A stretch of DNA of 63,871 nucleotides, counting the filler, from Reclinomonas americana ATCC 50394 (Eukaryota): assembly GCA_048213135.1 (NCBI GenBank). It is 8 parts of 3 records of this genome, joined end to end, with 100 filler letters (N's around TTAATTAATTAA, not from the genome) between each part and the next. Parts side by side here need not be neighbours in the genome. Positions count along the whole stretch, not along the records: positions 1 to 21,114 come from PS015354.1; 7 more parts are not named here. One strand, given 5' to 3'. The notes under the pieces were generated by a model. That model had not been told where the DNA came from. It saw nothing but the letters and a program-made list of their open reading frames with translations, and did no database searches. The translations under genes were made by a program, and so were the position numbers. Shown here one piece after another: positions 1 to 17,600 of the stretch (position 1 is its first letter; the number at the start of each line of letters is the position of its first letter).

Positions 1-19
1 CGGCACGCCGCAAGTCGAA

Positions 20-4770
<4,751 letters not shown>

Positions 4771-5052
4771 TTTTTCTGGCGTTGTGTGTGTGCGTGTTGC
4801 GTGCTGCCTCCCTCCCTCTGTCCCTCCTCTAGCCAGTTAGTGTTTCTTTCTCACGTTTCCACCTTTTTTTCGCTCTCAACGCCACCCAACCGCCTCATGT
4901 CCATAAACAAACGAAAAGATTTTCACACGTTTGTTGTTTAAACAATAACAGGTTTACACACTAATTGTAGCAACATAACACCACCACAGCACGCCAGGCC
5001 GACCGATCCTGCGGTTGCTGTCCTATGTTGTTCTTTTTTCTTCTTTTCATCA

Positions 5053-8000
5053 TCATGCAACATTAACTGTTGGTGCACGGCTGATTCCGTGCAGTGACTT
5101 GCCAGCCGCGAATGCCTGCTCCAGCTCCCGCAGCTGCGAGATGAAGCCGTGGTTCGGCAGAATGCATGAACGGGCTCGCTTGACCAACTGCAAAAGAGAG
5201 AGGCGCGTCAGCATCGTGTGGTCAACGGAGTGGGTTGGCGTGACATGAATGCGCGCACCTGGAATGCGTCGTTGAGAGACATGCCCTCTGCCTGCATGAG
5301 ATAGGCGAGTACAACAGACACGCTGCGAGAGACACCTTGCGCACTGTGGTGGTGGAGAGTGAGCACACACAGCACACAGAAAGGAGAACAATGGGAGCGC
5401 GCACCAGTGCACAAGAATAACAGGCTTGCGGCGCTTGGTGTCGGCCACTGAACTCGACGACAGCACGCCACCCAGCGATGGTCTTCGAATCGGCGACGAC
5501 AGCGGCGACTGCGATGGGCCGGCGGCAACACCTTCGATCGCTGCTGCTGACTCGCCACTGCTGCCGCCAGCGACAATGGCGGCACCATGTGACACCGCCG
5601 ACGGCATCGCCGCCGCTCCCCCTGCAGCTGCAGAGGGCGACGCTGACAATGTCGCCGTGGCGGCCGTCGTGGCCGCGACTTCGTCCTGGTCCAGTGCGCC
5701 GCCAGCGTCATCATCGTCATCATCATTATCACTAATGTCGCGCTCCTCATCCGAACTGCCGACCAGCGAGCTCGCCGAACTGACGTCGTCCAGTGTGTTG
5801 CGATCGCCGGCCACCAATGCGCCCAAGTCGAACACCAGGCCGCCAGAGCCACCCGACATTGATGACTTGCCAGAGCCCGCCACCGACAGCACGAGATGGT
5901 GCCGCTGCACGGCACTACCGTGTCGCAACAGCGATTGCATATCCGCTCCGTGCTGCTGTGGTTGTTGTGGCTGTGGTGAGTACTGCGGTTGTTGCTGAGA
6001 CGGGCCTGGGCTGTGCAGCTGTGGATGATACAACTGCGGTGTCGACTGGAAGTAGCCGGAACGCGCTCTCCGCAAGCCCGTGGCCGGGCACACATCCGAA
6101 TCGTCCGGCGTGCCGCTGGCACCGGCAGACGAAACGCCACCACCCGCCGGCGACGGCGTCTCCGACAGCATAGTTGCCGACATGGAGCTGTAGAGGCGTG
6201 CCACGTCTTCTGCCAGCGACTGCTGGCCAGCACCAACGACCACATCCGCTGAAAGACTCGGCGCCAGCGCCTTGAATGCGCTCGGCACGGCGGGTGACAC
6301 GGGACTGGCGGCCGAGGAAGCGGCCGACGATGACGATGTCAGCGACGAGGCAAGCGCACCGGCTCCCACGTCGGCGTCGTCGCTGCTCGACAGCGAGGAG
6401 GCGGCAGTCGAGGGACCTGCAGCTGCTTCCACGTACACCTGCGGACGGATGCCCAGCACACTCTCGTAGACGCCCGAGATGGCCATCGACTCCGAGTTGA
6501 TGATCGACTCACGCTCAGCGGGATTGAGGAGGAGCTCGGCCAGGTCGGCCTGGTTGTGGAATCGGTCGCCCTCTTCACGAAGTCTGTCCAGTTCCTGCTT
6601 GAGCACCGCCGCCGATCCTGTACCAACAGCACACAGCGTGAGCATTAAGGTGGGGTGCAGAAAAATCAAACAGTACTCAACGACTGCGATGCAACGTGGC
6701 CTCGCCGACCGTCTCCATGGCTCTCCGCTCGTCCATTGCCTCGTGAATGAAGCGCAGGCAGCCGGGCAAGCACTCGAACAGATTCTGCGTCGGCGTATCA
6801 TCCAAGCTGGCCTTGTAGTACTTGACCGAGTCCGGGAAGCGCGGTTCGAGTTGACGCGCACAAATCAAAATGTGCGTCACACCCAACTGATCCAACAGAC
6901 CCTTGTTCTCCGCCGAGAACATGGAGCCGACGTAGAGTCCCGGCATGACCTCGCCGGGGAAATCCTGCAACGTGAAAAACTTGAGACTCTCGTCATCTCA
7001 GGTGCGCAATCAATCAAAAGAGACGAACCCACAACGACGACGTGGCGATCACACGACCGGAGTGAGCGCGTAATCTGCGCGGCAAACGGTGAATTTGATC
7101 CGCCACACGTGCATGATCCTGCTCCGCGACGGCCGCTGCATACTGCTGGCCTTGCTGCACGCAGTCCTCAGAGAGACGGTTGTTGTCGATTGTAAACGTC
7201 TCCAGCGACTCCATGCTCAGCAGCGCGTTCCACGGCAGCTCCGAGATGAGATTCGAGTCGAAATGACAGGCCTTCAGCGAGTGCAACTCGGCAATGCGCG
7301 GCGACAACGACTCGAGCAGATTGCGTCGCAGATCCAGTGTGCGCAGATTGTGCAGGCGGAAGAGCCCGTCCTGCGACATCAGCAATCGAGGTGAGAGAGG
7401 AAGGAGAAGGGGGGGAAGAAAGGGGACACCGCGACATTTCCGTGCCCACTCTTCACCGCTGCTGCGTATCTACCTCTTCTTGTTTCACTCACCACTGACA
7501 GCAATGAGAGGAGCAAGGCTTGCATACCCAGGTGTTTCTCTTCAAAGAAAGAAGAGAGGGATGAAGAGAGAGGGATGAGCTGAGAGTCAGAAAGATGGAG
7601 GAAAAGAGTTCTCTTCACTCCCCTCTTCATTCCTTCCTCTCACTTCCCCCTTCCTCAATTGACTCAAATCTTCTATCCCCCCGTCTGTCTTTCAGCGCAT
7701 CCCACTTCTCTTCACTCCTCTCTTCCTTCCTGCCACTCCACCTTCTCTTGTGCCCTTCACTTTCCTCGCTTGACTCACATCTCATCTCCCACCCTCCCTC
7801 CCTTCCTTCTTCTCCTCCCTTCTCCTTTCCCCCTCTTCTCCTTTCCCCCACTCAACTGGCAAATCGCGCAACGCATTGGAACGCGCATCCAGATGCGTGA
7901 GGGTGGCACTCAATCGCATCAGCGACGTGGGAAGCGCGCGCAGCACATTGTCGCCAAGCAGAAGCGAGTTGAGCGACCGCAGCGCACTCAACGGGAACGT

Positions 8001-11000
8001 CAATGTGTTGAGCTTGTTGGAGGAAATGTCGAGCGAGCGCAGCTCGCCAAAGAAGCCGACGCAGTTGTCGACGCCCGTAAAATCGCACCAGCCGAGGCTC
8101 AACGTCTGCAACGATGACCTCCAGATCGAGTCGTACCCCGACGGGAGCACGCGGAGCGGATTGTGTGAGACGTCGAAAAACATGAGCTTGCCGAGACACC
8201 GCATGGCGCTGGCGTTCGGCAGCCGCTCGATCTTGTTGCCGGAGATGTTGAGTGCGGTAAGCGACACCAAATCGCCGAGTGTGCCATCGGGGCCCTCCAG
8301 TCGCACCAGCCGATTGGCCGACACGTCCAAGTGCCGCAGTTTTTGCAGCTCGTACACCCTGCACGCGTTATTTCGTGTGAGTCGGGGAGGAGGAGAGAAA
8401 CACAGTGAGGGGTAGTCTCGCACCAGTGCGGAATCTCGTGGAACTGGTTGTTGGCCAAATTCAACACCTCCAGCTTGGGGAACATGTCGGCCACGCTCTC
8501 CAGACTCAGCTCGTCCAGACCCTTGGCCAAGTGCGGAAATCGCGCGTCCAGTGTGCCGCCGTCGGTTGGCGAGCTTGGCGCCGACAGTGAGCGCTGCTCA
8601 AGCGCATTACGTCAGAAAGAGAGGAATTCCAAACAGCTCTCATTGCGGTTGTCTCACCTCGCGACTCACAGCATCACCACCGGGCACATGCAATCCCTTG
8701 CCAGCGCCGCCGGCCGCCGACGCTGCAGCGGTAGCGGTTGCCACTGTTGTTCGGAAAAAGAGACCACTGGAGCCTGGGCGATTGCTCTCCTCCGCCAAGT
8801 TGGAGGAGCTTGTCGACCGCGGAGCCGACGCCCTCCCATTCGCTTCGGAGGGAGGCGAAGGCGTTGTCGAGCGCGAGTGGTGACGAATAATGGAGGCCGC
8901 CGATTCGGTGGATGTCGTGTCAAAGCCAATCAACTGCAGAGGCGATGCCGATCCACTTCGTCGGCCACCCTCACTGCGCTTGTGACTGTGCGCGAGAGAG
9001 AAAGAGAGAGAAAACGTGAGTACCACGATGCCACACTTGAATAACAAATTAAGTACCTTCGTCCGCTTCCGCTGCGTGAATGACTGCTGCTGCTGCTGCT
9101 GCCACCACCGCCTCGGGCCGCCTGCGAGGCCAGAGACACTCGACCCGCAGCTCCGCCACCACCAGCAACAGCCACCGCAGTTGCAGTTGCACCATTGGCG
9201 GCATCGGTTGCTGCCCCAGCACCCGTTGCTGTTGCGGCGTTTGAGGGAGCGCCAGTAACGGCAGCGGCAGCAGCCGCCACGGCTGCCATGGTGGCAACGC
9301 CAGTGCTGTGCCCGCCTCCATGTGCAAAACTGGACTTGACGCCAATCACTTGCGAGGTGAGCTGCGGCTCCGGTCGCGACGATGCCGACGCTGCCGATAA
9401 TGACGCGGCAAAATGCACACTGGCGGGTCCTTGTAGTGATTCGGTGAGCAGTGAGCGCTTCTGGCCGGGTGCCGGTGCCCCCGATCGGCTTGCATCGCCC
9501 TTCTTGTCGTTCTGCGAATAATGAATGAATGGACAAGAATGTTGGGTATGCTTTTGAAGGGGAAACGGCGACGAACCACAGCAAAGAATGAAGGCGGTGG
9601 TGGTGGTGGTGCTGCTGCAGGTGCATCGGGCGCTGCTGCGGTCTCTGTTGTTGGTGTGGTGCCACCACGCGCCGCCTGCGACGCCAGCGACTGCCGCGGA
9701 AGGGACGACGGCGAAGCACCGCGCGCGGCCAGCGCGGCAATGGATGGCGAGGTGCCACTGGTGCCACGCGCCGCCAGTGAGGCCAGTGACATGTTGCCGG
9801 AGGTGGGTGCCGTAGTCGACAGTACGCGACGTGGTGACGAGCCGGGTCCGAGACTGACAATCGCACCCAAGTGCATGTCGTCGTCGGACTCGGACTCGTT
9901 CTCCGACGACGACGGCGACGAGCTGCGATCCGACGGCGTCGACCCGGACATGGAATCGAGTGGCGACTGCAGCGGCGAAGAGAACGGCGAGTTGGCGCGG
10001 TAGGCACCGCCGCCGCCGCCACTACCACTGCCNNNNNNNNNNNNNNNNNNNNNNNNNNNNNNNNNNNNNNNNNNNNNNNNNNNNNNNNNNNNNNNNNNNN
10101 NNNNNNNNNNNNNNNNNNNNNNNNNNNNNNNNNNNNNNNNNNNNNNNNNNNNNNNNNNNNNNNNNNNNNNNNNNNNNNNNNNNNNNNNNNNNNNNNNNNN
10201 NNNNNNNNNNNNNNNNNNNNNNNNNNNNNNNNNNNNNNNNNNNNNNNNNNNNNNNNNNNNNNNNNNNNNNNNNNNNNNNNNNNNNNNNNNNNNNNNNNNN
10301 NNNNNNNNNNNNNNNNNNNNNNNNNNNNNNNNNNNNNNNNNNNNNNNNNNNNNNNNNNNNNNNNNNNNNNNNNNNNNNNNNNNNNNNNNNNNNNNGTGCC
10401 GCCCTCACTGGAGCGCTTGGCGCACTCGCTGACGCACTTGGACATGAGTCGGTGCGGACTGCGACATCTCGACCTCACCGTGTTCACACAGCTGCGCGAG
10501 CTCAAGGTGCTCTCGTTGAGCGGCAATCAGCTCTCCGAGAACCTGCTGTTCTCGCGCGGTGTGGATGCACTGAGTGACGACCAAGTGCACGGTGCGTTGT
10601 GGATTTTTTTCGCACCAGTGCGTGTGCTCGTGCTCATTCCTCCCTCCCCGCATCGCAGAGTTGCTGAACGCACGCGTGCCAGAGCCACTCGCCAAGCAGG
10701 GACGTCGTGGCTCGCGCTCGTCACTCTCCAAGGCTCGAGCGGCATTTGCGGCCGCCACGGGCGGTGCTGGCGGCCTCGGCAGCATCATGGCCGGTGCGGG
10801 GTTTGGTGGTGCGAGCGGCAGCACCAGCAGTCACGACGGCAGTNNNNNNNNNNNNNNNNNNNNNNNNNNNNNNNNNNNNNNNNNNNNNNNNNNNNNNNNN
10901 NNNNNNNNNNNNNNNNNNNNNNNNNNNNNNNNNNNNNNNNNNNNNNNNNNNNNNNNNNNNNNNNNNNNNNNNNNNNNNNNNNNNNNNNNNNNNNNNNNNN

Positions 11001-13065
11001 NNNNNNNNNNNNNNNNNNNNNNNNNNNNNNNNNNNNNNNNNNNNNNNNNNNNNNNNNNNNNNNNNNNNNNNNNNNNNNNNNNNNNNNNNNNNNNNNNNNN
11101 NNNNNNNNNNNNNNNNNNNNNNNNNNNNNNNNNNNNNNNNNNNNNNNNNNNNNNNNNNNNNNNNNNNNNNNNNNNNNNNNNNNNNNNNNNNNNNNNNNNN
11201 NNNNNNNNNNNNNNNNNNNNNNNNNNNNNNNNNNNNNNNNNNNNNNNNNNNNNNNNNNNNNNNNNNNNNNNNNNNNNNNNNNNNNNNNNNNNNNNNNNNN
11301 NNNNNNNNNNNNNNNNNNNNNNNNNNNNNNNNNNNNNNNNNNNNNNNNNNNNNNNNNNNNNNNGGCACCGAGTTGTTCGTTGCCCTTCAGCACAAGCACC
11401 ACGAGGCCGTGCGGAGAGAGGCCCTCGGGTAGATTTTCCACCAAGAACAGACGACGACGACTGGCCGGTTCACCCTTGCCCGCCGCCGACGCCGATGCCG
11501 TCGTCGCTGCCACCGCGCCACTGTCCGACACTGGCAACATTTTCTGCACCTCCATCATGCGACCGTGCTTGCGCACACCGCCGCCGTCCATTGCCGCGGC
11601 CGCCGATGCCGGTGGCGACGAGTCGCTGCTACCCGAGGGCCCGTATCGTGGCACCTCGAGCCTCCGGAGGCGATTGTCGGCCAGATTCAGCACACGCAGA
11701 CTGCGCAGTGTGCCGAGGTCCTCGGCGGTGATTTGTTCCAGGTGATTGTGTGACAGATCGAGCGCCTCCAGGTTCTCCAGTGATGCTGCGCAACGTGGGT
11801 CAGCATAGAGAGGAGAGGAGAAGAGAGGAGAGGAGAAGAGAGGAATGGAGGCGGCGACAAGTAAGCGTACCAATTTGATTGGGATACGCCCGCAGCGCGC
11901 ACTCGGCCATCGACAGCACGCTCATTTGTGGCATGCGGTCAAACACGAAGCTTGGCGGGAGGTCGGAGGGGCGTGTGCGGGAGACGTCGAGGAAGACGAC
12001 TTGGGACCAGCGGTCGCGCTGTGGGGGGGAAAGGGGAAGGGGGGAGAAGGGGGGGAGAAGGGGGAGAAGGGGGAGAAGGGGGAAGGAGGAAAAGTGAGGC
12101 GGGTGGATTTTCGATCTTGAGCACTCAGAGATGAAGAAAGAGCGAGGACTAGAAGGCAAGGAAACGCAGAGCTTGAACTATAGGAAGTGAGATAGTGAAC
12201 GAAGCAGTAGACAGCGTTCCCAATACAGAGAGAAAGAAAGATCCAGGGAGTACAACGACTGAAGGAAACGCAGAACTCAGGCAACGGAAGGAAGGATGGA
12301 GAGCGACGCAGCAGTGGAAAATGGACAGCGTTTAAAACACAGAGAGAGAGAGAGAGATCGAGTGAGATTGACGATGACGGAAAGAAGCGTAGCTCTTGGG
12401 CAATGGAAGGAAGGATGGAGAGCGATGTAGCAGTGGAAAATGGACAGCGCTCAACAAGAGAGAGAGAGAGAGAGAGAGAGCAAGAGATCCAGGAAAAGAA
12501 ACGCAGAACTTAGGCGATGGAAAGAACAATGATGAACGAGCGTTCCACTGGACGAATGAGCAGCAATCCACACAATGAGCTAAGAGTGCCAGCAAGCAAG
12601 TGCACACAGACTCTGAGAAACAGACGGTCACCTCAAGCACAGAAGAAGACTCCACACACAGATGTGATCGCACTTCAACAATAACCAGCGAGTGAGAAAG
12701 AGAAAGAGTTCCAAACGACGCTTCTCTCCTTGTTCGGCAGACGCACGCACGAACACAGAGAGAGAGAAAGTGGAACCATGGATGTGCCAAAGGAGGAAGA
12801 GACTGCAAGCGCACACAGAGACGACGAGGTGCACACTCCACGTCAATTCACAACGAGACACACACAGTGAGAGAGTGAGAGAGTGAGAGAGAGGGAAAGA
12901 CGTCGGCGAGCAAATATCGCCGATTCTGCTGTGGACTCCACACAGAGACGAGGAGTAAACTCCACGTCACACGCGCATATAGAGGGAGAGGGAGAGGGAA
13001 AGAGTGTCGGTGAGCAAAAGGCGGTCGCCGATTCTGCAGTGGACTNNNNNNNNNNNNNNNNNNNN

Positions 13066-13102
<37 letters not shown>

Positions 13103-13836
13103 TAGCAGTGAGAAAATGGAACTGTGCAAGTGGAAGAATAGACAGCGCCAGCGACCGAAACTGTACGCTCTCCTTCTCTTACACAGCAGCAGCAGCAGTA
13201 TTCGCGATGCTACACAACGAGACACGCATTGGAGGCGATCGCTTGTACATAACAGACACTCAAGCCTCACTCTTCTCAACAAACGCACAAACGAACGCAT
13301 AGAGCGTACGTGTGAGAGAGAGCGTGTGAGTGAGAGAGCGATTACTCATCTCCCTGACCGACGAGACACACGGAAATGCTCGTGCTCACACTACTCTCCC
13401 CTCGCGATTGACGCACACACACGCACGCACGCTCTCCCTCTCATCTCTCTCGCCTCACACACACCACACACACAAACAAAGCTCATCTTCACATGCACAT
13501 GACCTCACTGCTGCACAAATCTCTCACTGTGTCTCGCCCTCTCTCACACACACACATCATCCACGCAACATGCGCATACAGTTGATTGCTATTCGGCCCT
13601 GAGCACTCCAGGCACAATCCCGCTGAAGACGACGACGATTGAGGCTCTTGACTACTGGCTCCCGCGTGCTTCTCCTCCACCTCATCATCATCATCACAAT
13701 GATCCACATTATCACTAGCAGTTAACATACTGCCTTGTTGCGCTGTTGGTGCTGTGGTGGTTGTCGCGGGTGATAAAAGTGGGGCGGGGGGCGACTGTGG
13801 CGATGGCCACTGTGACAGTGCGTCACTCGCGGCCAT
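5053..13836 (-). CDS. Leucine-rich-repeat protein with C-terminal dual-specificity (MAPK-type) phosphatase domain; multi-exon; 10396-10843 is an inverted piece of this gene; first exon uncertain
   Basis: Many LxxLxxLDLSxNxL repeats (11700-11780, 10396-10540, 7860-8500, 7190-7380); DSP N-half EVMPGLYVGS...GVTHIL...LDD (6970-6790); spliced catalytic motif VHCAQGVSRS, then AYLM and PNHGFISQL (5410-5130). Same architecture as Dictyostelium Mpl phosphatases. Confidence 0.88.
12130..12560 (+). repeat. Degenerate direct repeats in a long intron (~119 bp spacing)
   Basis: ggcaa(c/t)ggaaggaaggatggagagcga...agcagtggaaaatggacagcg at ~12280 and ~12399; gaaacgcagaact at ~12265 and ~12498. Confidence 0.75.
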
Positions 13837-14624
13837 TATTTCCCCACTTTTCTTGCGCGTTTGTTGTTGTTGGTGTTNNNNNNNNNNNNNNNNNNNNGGT
13901 GTTGCTTCCGTTGTATGCTGCACCCGCACTGCTCGTGTGTGTGAGAAGGTGGGTGGCGATGCGTGCGTTGCGTGCGTTGTCGAGAAGATTCTGCGTGGAA
14001 ATTTCGGCAATGTCGAGCCTGCTGGTTTTGGGAATCTTGGAACGAAGCAATGCAAGCAGCCACACAGCTGCATCATGATCATCATCGTGAGTGAGCGCCG
14101 GAAACTGTGCGAGAGAAAGTTGACGTGTTACGCGCTGGCGTTTCGAAATCTGCAAGAGAAGCAACGGCCAGCTGTGCAGCCTCGGAAACAGCTGGCCAAC
14201 GCTCCTAGGACCCTGATCGAGGTCCAGTCACGCTTCATGCGGTGCAGATCGCAGTTCTCGACTTGCTCGAAGCTCCAATTAATTGCAAGAGCGAACGTTC
14301 GAACACGTGCGAGAGATTGCCTCCTACTGCCACGATTTGGGTCGACATCTTGGATTTGGTTGCGTGGACATAAAGGAACCTGTTGAATGAATTGTTGTAG
14401 CGATACAAGACACTGCTGTCAGACTCTCTCTAAGATTACTCCAACACTCTGATGCCACAAGCACGTACCTCGCGATGTCCAGCAACAACAATTGTAACCA
14501 ATCACAGCAACTGAGGTACAGATATTGCTAAGGATCTTGTCGGATACAACCTCCTGCACCAACAACCGTGAAGCAACCCCCTCGTGTGCCACCATACTTA
14601 TATTTACCTGCCACCTCTCATCCT

Positions 14625-17600
14625 TCACTCCACCACCAACCCCGCCAATCTCTGCAAAAACGCCATCTTCCTCCTCTCAATCATTCGCCTCCTCACCGAC
14701 GGCGCATTGTGAATGTTCAACTCGGGCGACTCCACAAACACCGTCAGGCGCGCCGCGTGCGTCGTATCTCCTCGCAGTGTATACAGGTCTGCATTTCCCT
14801 CTGGTGAGACGAAAAAACGACTGCGCGTGCGCACACCACTCGCGACGCAACGAATGAGGATCTCCAAGATCGGCATCTCCCACACATACTCGAAAAACTC
14901 CACATCGAGCAGCTGCACGCCACCCATTGTCAGTGTTCATCCTCTCCAGACACCACAGGCAACACCCCTCACCTCCAACGCGCGGTGGCACATGGCGAAC
15001 GCCGCCGAAAAGTCGGGCGGCTCATCAAACTGGCACAGCACAATGGCAGGCATCATGCCTTTGCGGCGATTTTGTGAGACAGGAGGAGAGAAGACGGAGA
15101 GAGCAATACAGATCCGCGTACCTCGCAGTTGCACAAGAGAGTCGATCAACTGACGCACGGCGCGGGGTTCGAGCTTGAGGGCGCCGGCATCCGTGAAATT
15201 GACAGTGGACAACTCCAGCGATTGCAAGTGGTACCTGTCGCACGGGCCGCCGTGAGGCAATGAATAAAAACGAACAAACGCAACGCCTGTGTCAATCACA
15301 CAGCGCACCTGAGGCACTCACGGTGCTGCTTGGCCTCGAACGACACGTCGGCCACCAGACGACACACGGCGGGCGACACGGGCTCCAAATCCAGCCATCG
15401 CAGCGCCACAAAGCGCAACATGGAGAGCACAAATGCATCGCGTGCCGGATCCCTGTCTCCAGCCGACACCACCTCGCCCATTTGCAGTGCGGCATCGACC
15501 TGTTCCGCCGTCGGTCTGCGAGCGCGGACAACCGGGGACAGAAGGTGAGCTAATGACAATGGAGACAGGTGGAGGGAGGATAGCAGAGGTGGCGACAGTG
15601 ATGGAAAGTGCAAGAGATGGAGTCCAGCAAAAAAACAGGTTCATCGACACACCACCAACAACGGAACAACAGACGTACCGCACAGACATGGCACTCAGAT
15701 CGACGGCGTCGAGTCGCAAGCACCGCGACGCACGAGGCATGCTCTCCAACTGAATCGGAGTCCCCGGCATCGACACGTCGTTCCGCCGCGAGACACAGTA
15801 CGGAGCCGCCAGCGTCATGGCCAGCATCTCCATCGACGGTCTGTCGGTCCACGAGCGCAGCAATCGAGTCCACGACTGCTCAAACAGGTCCGCATTCTGC
15901 GCGGAAAAGAAGCAGATCATGAGCAAATATGCCGTTCCTGCTGCCCTTGACCGTCCACGACGAACCTCATCCGCAAAGTACAAGAACGCCGGTGGAATGG
16001 CACGGAAAAAGTCATGCAGTGCGGCAACACACGGTTGCGTTACCACACCATCGCCGCCTGTCGATAGATTATCGCAGGTCAGACGGCATCATCGCTGCGA
16101 CGAGTGTGCGACGAGACTCACCAAGTGCACTGCGCATGACCTCGCACCACAGACCCAGACTGGACATCAGCGGGCCCAGCAGCCGCACGAACTGCATGCA
16201 GCCCTCCAGTTTCCACACTTCACCTGCGCGGTACAGGAAAGAGGTGAGAGCACAATCAGGGGAAGAGAGAGCAAGTCGCCTATCTTTTCTCTCTCTCTCT
16301 CAATGGAGAAGTGGATAAACCAGGGAAACCGGGTTGCAGACTGCCACACAGCAGAAGAACAACCACTAAGCAGCCTCTTCTCTCTCTCTTGCCTTCCCAA
16401 GAATAAGTGGGTTCAACGGCGACGCCTCCTATGCCTCCTCTTCCCCCCACGCAACTGTGTGATTCGCCCGACATCCCGCGAAGCATGGGGAGACGGCGTT
16501 GTGCCCACATGTGCGTGGCCTCGCACAACTGACGAGCATGACCGAATTCACCCATATTGACGAGCGCAGAGGCCGTTTCCAGCTGCCGGCGGCGCACAGT
16601 GAGATGCAAACGCGAGAGAACAAGCATAGCGAGACGACGGACGTAATACTCGAGTGCCGGCGTTTCCGGATGCTCCAGCAGCGTAAACAGTGCCACGACC
16701 ACGTCGTTCAGGGACGATGCAGAACGTTGCTGGGCGGGGAGGGATGAGAAATGTGAGCACAAAGCAAACAGCAGGCAAGCACAGCGCCGCCCTCACCTCT
16801 GCCATTTGCAGCTGTTGCAGCGAGGTAACGACCAGGCGCAGTTGCGTGGCGCGATCGCTTGCCCGCGCTTCATCACTCAGCACGGCTTTGAAGACATCGT
16901 TGGCGGCATCGAATCGTCCCTGGCAAGCACAGCCACAATCAATATGAAGAAAAGGAGAAGGGGCGAGAGCACCAGCAACTCCGTACCATTTGACTCAGCA
17001 TGTCGCCCGAGTGCACGACAGATGGGTAAATCGCCGCGATTCGTGGACCCTGTAACAAGAGAAAATCATGAGAACGCAGTTGACACAAAAATCTTCCACC
17101 TTTGTTTGCGTGGCTCACGCACCGGTGACGCATCGCACTGTCGCACGTGTTGCAGCGCGGCCGAGATGGCCCCAGCATCACCGAAACGCGACAATAGCGT
17201 ATCCTCCACAAATCGCTGTACGCCATTCGGTGAGCAACCAACGAATACCACAATAATAAATCAAGGTCGCACACCCGACGCAACTCTCACAGTGGCATCG
17301 TGCAACACCGAGTGCGACATCAGTAGTGGGGCCCAGTGCTCCGGCTGCGATGCCTCCGACGATGGCACACACTCGGCCAGCAGTGCCATGGTGTACTGCG
17401 TGGCGTCTTCGTCGACACGCCGAAAGTCGCTGTTGGTCAGCAGCGTCTCCCACACTGCCACCGAGTTGATGCGCGACGCCTGCGCGCACATGAAGCGTCG
17501 CAAGTCGGCCACCAGCGACGCCTCGGTGTGCGACGTTGCCGTGCCGAGTAACCTCCTGTGTCACAGTGGTGAGCATGATGGCAGGTCGCCACTCGAGAGA

